Shown piece by piece: positions 1 to 10,300 of a DNA stretch of 64,000 nucleotides (within the stretch, counting starts at the first letter, position 1; each line of letters opens with the position of its first letter). The position numbers and the translations under genes are program-made. The notes under the pieces were generated by a model that had not been told where the DNA came from, made no database searches, and was given only the letters and a program-made list of their open reading frames with translations. Origin of the DNA: Eledone cirrhosa (taxonomy: Eukaryota); contig OZ024741.1 of the NCBI GenBank assembly GCA_964016885.1, forward strand, positions 399,590,001-399,654,000, in the 5' to 3' direction.

Positions 1-57
1 CAGTGCGTTACTGGTACTTTATTTTATCGACCCCGTAAGGATGAAAGGTAAAGTTAA
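1..57 (-). mobile_element. tRNA-derived SINE fragment (central domain), left arm of a fold-back pair
   Basis: Reverse complement of the TTAACTTTGCCTTTCATCCTTACGGGGTCGATAAAATAAAGTACCAGTAA core seen at 281-331; runs off the window start. Confidence 0.8.
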
Positions 58-58
58 A

Positions 59-165
59 CCCGCTGAGGTTAACTTTGCCTTTCATCCTTATGGGATCGAT
101 AAAATAAAGTGCCAGTAATGTACTGGGGTAATTGCTGGCCTTGTGCCAAAAGTAGAAACAATTAT
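59..165 (+). mobile_element. 5'-truncated tRNA-derived SINE copy
   Basis: Starts at CCCGCTGAGGTTAAC, just after the B box position of full copies; has the core and the 3' tail CTGGCCTTGTGCCAAAAGTAGAAACAATTA. Confidence 0.8.
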
Positions 166-196
166 ATTTGGTTTTACTCGGTCTTCCATTTATTAT

Positions 197-380
197 TGGC
201 AGTATCGGTAGAGAGTCGGACGTCATGCTTTGCAGCAAAGATTTACGGTCCTTTATGGTCTGAGTTCAAATCCCGCCGAGGTTAACTTTGCCTTTCATCC
301 TTACGGGGTCGATAAAATAAAGTACCAGTAATACACTGCGGTAATTGCTGGCCTTGTGCAAAAAGTAGAAACAATTATTA
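197..380 (+). mobile_element. Near full-length tRNA-derived SINE
   Basis: Pol III A-box-like TGGCAGTATCGG (197-208), B box GTTCAAATC (264-272), conserved core, 3' tail ending in ATTATTA; at least 6 related copies lie within 1.9 kb. Confidence 0.85.
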
Positions 381-461
381 GTTCGTATAAGTACCAATAA
401 TGTAATGGCATTTATTTAAAAGACCATATCTGCTTTTAGGGTTGGATTTAAGCTTGAAAGG

Positions 462-660
462 CCCGGGGCACTTCAGGTTTGTGGAGGGGACCAAGGCACT
501 TCAGGTTTGGGGAACTCGAGACACTTTAGATTTGGGGAACCCAGGGCACTTCTGGTTTGGGGGAACCCGGGGCACTTCAGGTTTAGGGAACCCGGGACAC
601 TTCAGGTTTAGGGAACCCGGGGCCCTTCAGGTTTGGGGAACCCGAGGCACTTCAGGCTTG
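462..660 (+). repeat. G-rich minisatellite, 25-bp unit CCCGGGGCACTTCAGGTTTGGGGAA, 8 copies
   Basis: CACTT/CCCTT anchors at 469, 497, 522, 547, 573, 598, 623 and 648 (spacing 28, 25, 25, 26, 25, 25, 25). Confidence 0.92.
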
Positions 661-785
661 TGAGGCCCATCATACACAAAACATTATACTACCCAGCAAA
701 CCCCCCCAATTTTACATATCAAAGTTAGCTTGGCACAAGTAATTGTAATTGAAATGTTATACATACAAGTATTAAATTCAAATAT

Positions 786-912
786 TGGAATCATCAAAAC
801 GTTGGATAGAATGCCTTGTGGTATTTGTTCCGACTCTCTACTCTCTGAGTTCAAATCCCGCCGAGGTCAACTTTGCTTTTCATCCTTTCGAGGTCGATAA
901 AAAATGTACTGG
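786..912 (+). mobile_element. SINE copy of a more diverged subfamily, 3'-truncated
   Basis: B box GTTCAAATC (849-857) followed by CCGCCGAGGTCAACTTTGCTTTTCATCCTTTCGAGGTCGATAAAA; head differs from the 197-380 copy and the tail is missing. Confidence 0.72.
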
Positions 913-929
913 TGTAATATTGGGTAGAT

Positions 930-982
930 TCCTCCTCTATATCTCTTTCTTACTTCCTCTCTCACCCTATCTATCCTTCTCT
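930..982. repeat. Degenerate CT-rich low-complexity tract
   Basis: TCCTCCTCTATATCTCTTTCTTACTTCCTCTCTCACCCTATCTATCCTTCTCT is almost purely pyrimidine. Confidence 0.5.
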
Positions 983-1142
983 GGAATAAATCTGCTGTAT
1001 TCATACATGGAGAGATGGACTCAGTCAATTTTTAAAAAAATGCCCTAGAAAGGTCATATGTCAATACAACACTCCTACGACCCCCTCTGGAATTACGGGA
1101 CTATACATGCAATGTTATCTGCCCCCCCCCCCCAATAATAAT

Positions 1143-1327
1143 TGTTTCTACTTTTGGCACAAGGCCAGCAATTGCCCAATTATCCCAGTACATTGCTGGT
1201 ACTTTATTTTATCGATCCAGAAAGGATGAAAGGCAAAGTTAACCTTGGCGGGATTTGAACTCGAACCGTAAAGGGACGAAACTCTATGCTGCAAAGCATA
1301 ACGTCTTACCCTCTACCAATACTGCCA
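1143..1327 (-). mobile_element. Near full-length tRNA-derived SINE flanked by imperfect direct repeats
   Basis: Minus-strand A-box-like TGGCAGTATTGG (1316-1327), B box (1252-1260), core and tail; flanks ATCTGCCCCCCCCCCCCAATAATAAT (1117-1142) and ATCTACCCCCGCCCCCACAATAATAAT (1328-1354). Confidence 0.85.
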
Positions 1328-1464
1328 ATCTACCCCCGCCCCCACAATAATAATGAAATAAAATAAGACAAGATAACCAATATTTTGTAGCAGCACACAA
1401 TCCCTTAAATTGAGCCCCAGTTCTTGAGTAAAGTTTCTTTTATCGTCTGCCGGAAAAAAAAATT

Positions 1465-1560
1465 GAAATCAGTTTTGACTTGGATAAAATTTGAACTTAG
1501 AATGTAAAGGAACGTAAACACCACAAGGTATTTTGTTTCGTGCTTTACTAATCGTACGAT
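1465..1560 (-). mobile_element. Old degenerate SINE head
   Basis: ATTTGAACTTAGAATGTAAAGG resembles ATTTGAACTCGAACCGTAAAGG of the 1143-1327 copy; the flanking similarity is weak. Confidence 0.4.
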
Positions 1561-1615
1561 CTGTGATACTATACAATATAAACAGTGAAATAGGATGTGA
1601 GATACGGTGTGATAT

Positions 1616-1729
1616 TTATCCCAGTACATTACTGGTACTTTAATTTATCGACCCCGTAAAGATGAAAGGCAAAGTTAACCTCGGCGAGATTTGAACTCAG
1701 ACCATAAAGGGCCGTAATTCTTTGCTGCA
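1616..1729 (-). mobile_element. SINE copy truncated at both ends
   Basis: Reverse complement of about 232-340 (core, B box, part of the head); no A box and no tail. Confidence 0.8.
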
Positions 1730-1738
1730 ATAAATAAT

Positions 1739-1856
1739 TGTTTCTACTTTAGGCACAAGGCCAGCAATTATCCAGTTCATTACTGGTACTTTATTTTATC
1801 GACCCTGTAAGGATGAAAGGCAAAGTCAACCTCGGCGGGATTTGAACTCGGCGGGA
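1739..1856 (-). mobile_element. 5'-truncated SINE with an 18-bp candidate target-site duplication
   Basis: Tail, core and B box present; bracketed by perfect TTTGCTGCAATAAATAAT at 1721-1738 and 1857-1874. Confidence 0.8.
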
Positions 1857-1970
1857 TTTGCTGCAATAAATAATGAATGAATATTACATAATATATCTAC
1901 TAAATTTCGTAGCTTTTGATTAAATATATTTTATTGCTTATTTAAAGATTCACTTCTTTAAACTTTTCAA

Positions 1971-1987
1971 ATGGCAACACTTCCGGT
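1971..1987. promoter_or_regulatory. Possible ETS-type site with an adjacent RFX half-site
   Basis: CACTTCCGGT (1978-1987) is the reverse complement of ACCGGAAGTG; ATGGCAAC at 1971-1978. Motif match only. Confidence 0.2.
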
Positions 1988-2223
1988 TAGCGATCGCTTA
2001 AATAAACATTCATATATTTCTGTCACTAATTTTCTCCTAATGCAGTTTATATATAATATCGTCTTTTTTTAATGTATGATGGATTACGTTACTGATTACA
2101 TAAGACAGTGTAACACAGTCTTCGTTCAATTTCTGTGTATATTGTCAATTACGATGTAATTTGATGTATCATATCTACATGTATATATACTTGCGTATAA
2201 TATCAATATGTACACTACACATG

Positions 2224-2261
2224 CTAGCAGAAAACCATCCGGCGGATGGTTTTTCTGCTAG
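2224..2261. repeat. Near-perfect 38-bp palindrome
   Basis: CTAGCAGAAAACCATCCG-G-CGGATGGTTTTTCTGCTAG: 18-bp arms, 1-nt centre, one extra T in the right arm. Confidence 0.9.
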
Positions 2262-3021
2262 TAAGCATAAAAAAGTTAAAGAAAAATGGTTAAATAAGAA
2301 AGAGAAAGACGGACAAAATATAGATGGATATAAAATAATGTTGTTGTTTGTTGTTTTTATCAGCAAAACTCCAATTTTTATACAAAAAACTAACTGGTTT
2401 ACTTAACTGTAGGATTTAACGATAGAACGATTGAATTATAATGTAATCTAAACGGAAGAAAAAGATAGCACTTACACACATATAAACCTCAACATGTGTA
2501 GAAATAAAAAAAAAATGAATGATTTGACATTAGTCTGTATGTTGTGGACCGTGTATAAGACGAGGTTGGTCTTCTGAGAATGAAGAGCTGAAATTATTTG
2601 AATAATGAAAAGAAAAAGAAAAAAATGGCGAATGGGCACTCGATGGTTTTAAACTGATTCAATGATGTATGTAAAATAATAACGACATATTGTTCATTTT
2701 CTTATCTCTATAAAAAAAGAGCTCCAACCGTCGAAAGGCTGTTGTTATACACCGGAACAAACAAACGGACGAAATAACAAACAAAAAAGAAAAAACTATA
2801 AAGCATTAGCAAAAATAAAAAAAAGCAAACAATATATAAAGAGGAATTATAGTAAAATATGGATATGCTTGAATAATCTTTATTTTCCTGCACATGTCGG
2901 TCAACGCTTGCACAATATGACAAAGATCACGTTCAACATAGTATAGTTAATACCAACAACATGTCTATCATATGGTCCAAAACATATATATACATTCAGT
3001 TCTTGAAAACTACGAGCATTC

Positions 3022-3059
3022 ACAGACAACAGCTCGGTTCAGTGACGTTATATATAATA
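3022..3059 (+). repeat. Orphaned first monomer of the 39-bp satellite (true left edge of the array)
   Basis: ACAGACAACAGCTCGGTTCAGTGACGTTATATATAATA matches the consensus ACAGATAACAGCTCCAGTGACGGTATATATAATA with a 4-bp insertion. Confidence 0.85.
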
Positions 3060-3466
3060 CTAGCAGATTTACCCAGCGTTCCTCGGGGTTTGAAATTATG
3101 CTAAGAATATACAGCTAGGAAGTAAAAGAACATTATTTGTCCCCAACTTCTCAAAATAAGCAGACGTCTTCAATAATTAATGCAAACAAATATATTTGGT
3201 GAAAAAGGTTATCTCCCTTTTTTTATAAGGATTGTGAATAAAGGTTGTTATGTCGCTTATATCAATTTTTCTACCGATAATTTTGATATCGGTTTTTTAT
3301 TACTCAACGTGGGTCGATTTGAAAAATGTTTGTGATGTGACAATCGTAGCGACCTGTGCAACGAGCACAGAAAATTTGGTCAAATTCGGTTGGTAATTGT
3401 GAAAGCATTATGCAAGCAAAATTGTACACAGAGGCACACACATCCTCGCTTTTATATATATAAAGA
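3060..3466 (-). mobile_element. Non-autonomous Helitron (rolling-circle transposon), 407 bp
   Basis: Minus strand begins TCTTTATATATATAAAAG and ends ...ACCCCGAGGAACGCTGGGT-AAATCTG-CTAG, with an imperfect GC-rich hairpin (3071-3089) 11 nt from the 3' end. It sits between host A (3467) and T (3059) with no TSD, and removing it restores the satellite register. Confidence 0.85.
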
Positions 3467-6400
3467 TAGAGAGATATAGCAGCTCCAGTGACGGTATATA
3501 TAATATAGGGACAGATAAAAGCTCCAGTAGGGGTATATAAAATACAGGGACAGATAACAGCTACGTTCAGTGAAGGTATATATAATATAGGACAGATAAC
3601 AGCTCCAGTAGGGGTATATATAATATAGGACAGATAACAGCTCTAGTAGGGGTATATATAATATAGGGACAGATAAAAGCTCCAATGACGGTATATATAA
3701 TATAGGGACAGATAACAGCTCCAGTGACGGTATATATAATATAGGGACAGATAACAGCTCGAGTGACGGTATATATAGTAGAGGGACAGATAACAGCTCC
3801 AGTAGGGGGATATATAATATAGGGACAGCTAACACCTCCAGCGACAGTATATACAATACAGGGACAGATAACAGTTCCAGTAGGGGTATATATAATATAG
3901 GGACAGATAAAAGTTCCAGTATGGGTATATATAATATAGAGACAGATAACAGTTCCAGTAGGGGTATATATAATATAGGGACAGATAACAGCTCCAATGA
4001 CGATATATATAATATAGGGACAGATAACACCTCCAGTGACGGTATATATAATAGAGGGACAGATAACAGCTCCAGTAGGGGTATATATAATATAGGGACA
4101 GATAACAGCTCCATTGACGGCATATATAATATAGGGACAGATAACAGCTCCTGTAGGGGTATATATAATATACAGACAAATAACAGACCCAGTGACGGTA
4201 TATATACTGTAGAGACATATAACAGCTCCAGTAAGGGTATATATAATATAGGGACGGATAACAGCCCCAGTGACGGATTATATAATATAGGGACAGATAA
4301 AATCTCTAGTGACGGTATATATGATATAGGGACAGATAACAGCTCCAGTGACGGTATATATAATATAGGGACAGATAACAGCTCCAGTAGGGGTATATAT
4401 AATATAGGGTCAGATGACAGCTCCAGTAGGGGTATATATAATATAGGGACAGATAAGAGCTCCAGTGAGGGTATATATAATATAGGGACAGATAACAGCT
4501 TCAGTGACGGTATATATACTATAGAGACATATAACAGCTCCAGTAGGGGTATAAATAATATAGGGACAGATACCAGCTCCAGTAGGGGTATATATAATAC
4601 AGGGACAGATAACAGCTCCAGTAACGGTATATATAATATAAGGACAGATAACAGCTACAGTAACGGTATATATAATATAGGGACAGACAACAGCTCAGGT
4701 AGGGGTATATATAATATAGGGACAGATAACAGCTCCAGTGACGGTATACATAATATAGGGAAAGATAACATCTCCATGACGGTATATATAATATACGGAC
4801 AGATAACAGCTCCAGTAGGGATATATATAATATACAGACAGATAACAGTTCCAGTGACGGTATATACAATATAGGGACAGATAACAATTCCAGTAGGGGT
4901 ATATATAATATAGGGAGAGATAAAAGCTCCAGTAGGGGTATATATAATATAGAGACAGATAACAGCTCCAATGAGGGTATATATAATATAGGGACAGATA
5001 ACAGCTCCAGTAACGGTATATATAATATAGGGAGAGATAACACCTCCAGTGACGGTATATATGATATAGGGACAGTTAACAGCTCCACTAACGGGATATA
5101 TAATATACAGACAGATAACAGCCCCAGTGACGGTATATATACTGTAGAGACATATAACAGCTCCAGTAGGGGTATATAAAATATAGGGACAGATAACAGC
5201 TTCAGTGACGGTATATATAATATAGTGGACAGATAACAGCTCCAGTAGAGGTATATATAATATAGAGAGAGATAACAGCTCCAGTAGGGGTATATATAAT
5301 ATAGGGACAGATAAAAGCTCCAGTGACGGTATATATAATATAGAGACAGATAACAGCTCCAGTGACGCTATATATAATATAGGTACAGATAACAGCTCGA
5401 GTGACAGTATTTATAATATAGGGACATATAATAGCTCCAGTGACGGTATATTTAATATAGGGACAGATGACACCTCCATGACGGTATATATAATATAGGG
5501 AGAGATAACAGCTCCAGTAGGGTATATATATAGTATAGGGACAGATAACAGCACCAGTGACGATATATATAATATAGGGACAGATAACAGCTCCAGTGAC
5601 GGTGTATATAATATAGGGTCAGATAATAGCTCCAGTGACGGTATATATAATATAGTGTAAAATAACAGCTCCAATAGGGGTATATATATAATAGGTGGAG
5701 ATGACAGTTCCAGTAGGGTTATATATAATATAGGGACAGATAACACCTCCAGTGACGGTATATATAATATAGGGACAGATAACAGCTCCAGTAGGGGTAT
5801 ATATAATATAGGGTCAGATGACAGCTCCAGTAGGGGTATATATGATATAGGGACAGATGACAGCTCCAGTGACGGTATATATAATATAGGGACAGATAAC
5901 AGTTCCAGTAGGGGTATATATAATATAGGGACAGATAACAGCTTCAGTAGGGGTATATATTATATAGAGACAGATAATAGTTCCACTAGGGGTATATATA
6001 ATATAGGGACAGATAACAGCTCCAATGACGGTATATATAATATAAGGACAGATAACAGCTCCAGTGACGGTATATATAATACAGGGATAGATAACAGCTC
6101 GAGTGACGGTATATATAATAGAGGGACAGACAACAGCTCCAGTAGAGGTATATATAATATAGGGACAGATAACAGCTCCAGTGACGGTATATATAATATA
6201 GGGACAGATAACAGTTCCAGTAGGGGTATATATAATATAGGGACAGATAAAAGCTCCAGTAGGCGTATATATAATATAGAGACAGATAAAAGCTCCAGTG
6301 ACGATATATATAATATAGGGACAGATAACAGTTCCAGTAGGGGTATATATAATATAGGGACAGATAACAGCTCCAGTAGGGGTCTATATATGGTATAGGG

Positions 6401-7349
6401 ACAGATAAGAGTTCCAGTAGGGGTATATATAATATAGGGACAGATAACAGCTCCAGTGACGGTATATATAATATAGAGACACATAACAGCTCCAGTGACG
6501 GCATATATACTATAGAGACATATAACAAATCCAGTAGGGGTATATATAATATAGGGACAGATAACAGCTCCAGTGACGATATATATAATATAGGGACAGA
6601 TAACACCTCCATGACGGTATATATAATATAGGGACATATAACAGCTCCAGTAACGGTATATATAATATAGGGAGAGATAACAGCTCCAGTGACGGTCTAT
6701 ATAATATAGGGAGAGATAACAGCTCCAGTAACGGTATATATAATATAGGGACATATAACAGCTCCAGTAACGGTATATATAATATAGGAACAGATAACAG
6801 CTTCAGTGACGGTATATATAATATATGGACAGATAACACCTCCATGACGGTATATATAATATAGGGACAGATAACAGCTCCAGTAGGGGTATATATAATA
6901 TACAGACAGATAACAGTTCCAGTGACGGTATATATACTGTAGAGACATATAACAGCTCCAGGAGGGGTATACATAATATGGGGACAGATAACAGCCCCAG
7001 CAGGGGTATATACTATATAGTGACAGATAACAGCTCCAGTGATGGTATATATAATATAGGGACAGATAAAATCTCCAGTGACGGTATATATAATATAGGG
7101 ACAGATAACAGCTCGAGTGACGGTATATATAATAGAGGGACAGATAACAGCTCCAGTAGGGATATATATAATATAGGGACAGATAACACCTCCAGTGACG
7201 GTATATATAATATAGGGACAGATAACAGCTCCAGTAGGGGTATATATAATATAGGGTCAGATGACAGCTCCAGTAGGGGTATATATAATATAGGGACAGA
7301 TAACAGCTCCAGTGACGGTATATATAATATAGGGACAGATAACAGCTCC

Positions 7350-10300
7350 AGTGACGGTATATGTAATATAGGGACAGATAACAGCTCCAGTGACGGTATA
7401 TATAATATAGGGACAGATAACAGCTCCAGTGACGGTATATATACTATAGAGACATATAACAGCTCCAGTAGGGTATATATAATATAGGGACAGATAACAA
7501 CTCCAGTGACGTTAGATATATTATAGGGACAGATAACAGCTTCAGTGACTGTATATATAATATAGGGACAAATACCAGCTCCAGTAACGGTATATATAAT
7601 ATAGGGACAGATAACAGTTCCAGTAGGGGTATAAAAATTATAGGGACAGATGACAGCTCCAGTAGGGGTGTATATATAATATAAGGACAGATTAGAGCTC
7701 CAGTAGGGGTATATATAATATAGGGACAGATAACAGCTCCAGTGACGGTATATATAATATAGAGACACATAACAGCTCCCGTGACGGTATATATACTATA
7801 GACACATATAACAGCTCCAGTGACGGCATATATACTATAGAGACATATAACAGCTCCAGTAGGGGTATATATGATATAGGGACAGATAACAGCTCCAGTG
7901 ACGATATATATAATATAGGGACAGATAACACCTCCATGACGGTATATATAATATAGGGACAGATAACACCTCCACTGACGGTATATATAATATAGGGACA
8001 GATACCAGCTCCAGTAGGGGTATATATAATATAGGGCCAAATAACAGCTCCAGTAACGGTATCTATAATATAAGGACATATAACAGCTCCAGTAACGGTA
8101 TATATAATATAGGAACAGATAACAGCTCCAGTGACGGTATATATAATATAGGGACAGATAACACCTCCATGACGGTATATATAATATAGGGACAGATAAC
8201 AGCTCCAGTAGGGGTATATATAATATACAGACAGATAATAGTTCCAGTGACGGTATATATACTTTAGAGACATATAACAGCTCCAGGAGGGGTATACATA
8301 ATATGGGGACAGATAACAGCTCCAGCAGGGGTATATACAATATAGTGACAGATAACAGCTCCAGTGATGGTATATATAATATAGGGACAGATAAAATCTC
8401 CAGTGACGGTATATATAATATAGTGACAGATAACAGCTCGAGAGACGGTATATTTAATAGAGGGACAGATAACAGCTCCAGTAGGGATATATATAATATA
8501 GGGACAGATAACACCTCCAGTGACGGTATATACAATATAGGGACAGATAACAGTTCCAGTAGGGGTATATATAATATAGGGACAGATAAAAGCTCCAGTA
8601 TGGGTATATATAATATAGAGACAAATATCAGTTCCAGTAGGGGTATATATAATATAGGGTCAGATAACAGCTCCAAAATCCGGTATATATGATATAGGGA
8701 GAGATAACACCTCCACTGACGGTATATATAATATAGTGACAGATAACAGCTCCAGTAGAGGTATATATAATATAGGGAGAGATAACAGCTCCAGTAGGGG
8801 TATATATAATATAGGGACAGATAAAAGCTCCAGTGACGGTATATATAATATAGAGACAGATAACAGCTCCAGTGACGCTATATATAATATAGGTACAGAT
8901 AACAGCTCGAGTGACGGTATTTATAATATAGGGACATATAATAGCTCCAGTGACGGTATATTTAATATAGGGACAGATGACACCTCCATGACGGTATATA
9001 TAATATAGGGAGAGATAACAGCTCCAGTAGGGTATATATATAGTATAGGGACAGATAACAGCACCAGTGACGATATATATAATATAGGGACAGATAACAG
9101 CTCCAGTGACGGTGTATATAATATAGGGTCAGATAATAGCTCCAGTGACGGTATATATAATATAGGGACAAATAACAGCTCCAGTAGGGGTATATATATA
9201 ATAGGTGCAGATGACAGTTCCAGTAGGGTTATATATAATATAGGGACAGATAACACCTCCAGTGACGGTATATATAATATAGGGACAGATAACAGCTCCA
9301 GTAGGGGTATATATAATATAGGGTCAGATGACAGCTCCAGTAGGGGTATATATAATATAGGGACAGATAACAGCTCCAGTGACGGTATATATAATATAGG
9401 GACAGATAACAGTTCCAGTAGGGGTATATATAATATAGGGACAGATAAAAGCTCCAGTAGGCGTATATATAATATAGAGACAGATAAAAGCTCCAGTGAC
9501 GATATATATAATATAGGGACAGATAACAGATCCAGTAGGGGTATATATAATATAGGGACAGATAACAGCTCCAGTAGGGGTCTATATATGATATAGGGAC
9601 AGATAAGAGTTCCAGTAGGGGTATATATAATATAGGGACAGATAACAGCTCCAGTAGGGGTCTATATATGATATAGGGACAGATAAGAGTTCCAGTGACG
9701 GTATATATAATATAGAGACACATAACAGCTCCAATGACGGCATATATACTATAGAGACATATAACAAATCCAGTAGGTGTATATATAATATAGGGACAGA
9801 TAACAGCTCCAGTGACGATATATATAATATAGGGACAGATAACAGCCCCAGTGACGGTATATGTAATATAGGGACAGATAACAGCTCCAGTGATGGTATA
9901 TATAATATAGGGACAGATAACAGTTCCAGTGACGGTATATATACTATAGAGACATATAACAGCTCCAGTAGGGTATATATAATATAGGGACAGATAACAA
10001 CTCCAGTGACGTTAGATATATTATAGGGACAGATAACAGCTTCAGTGACGCTATATATAATATAGGGACAAATACCAGCTCCAGTAACGGTATATATAAT
10101 ATAGGGACAGATAACAGTTCCAGTAGGGGTATAAAAATTATAGGGACAGATAACAGCTCCAGTAGGGGTGTATATATAATATAGGGACAGATTAGAGCTC
10201 CAGTAGGGGTATATATAATATAGGGACAGATAACAGCTCCAGTGACGTTATATATAATATAGAGACACATAACAGCTCCAGTGACGGTATATATACTATA

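Noticed and set aside
197-280. tRNA gene (A and B boxes)
   Set aside because: No convincing cloverleaf; the boxes run into a multi-copy core and tail, which makes this a SINE head.
436-613. Telomeric array
   Set aside because: Only three isolated TTAGGG hexamers, not tandem.
8-2923. Short ORFs at 8-238, 442-663, 785-1048, 1405-1629, 2161-2406, 2175-2366 and 2708-2923
   Set aside because: They are translations of SINE, minisatellite or AT-rich low-complexity DNA with no recognisable domain.
3451-3500. Satellite derived from the Helitron terminus (shared TATATATA)
   Set aside because: A satellite monomer lies on the other side of the Helitron and the empty site restores register, so the Helitron inserted into existing satellite.
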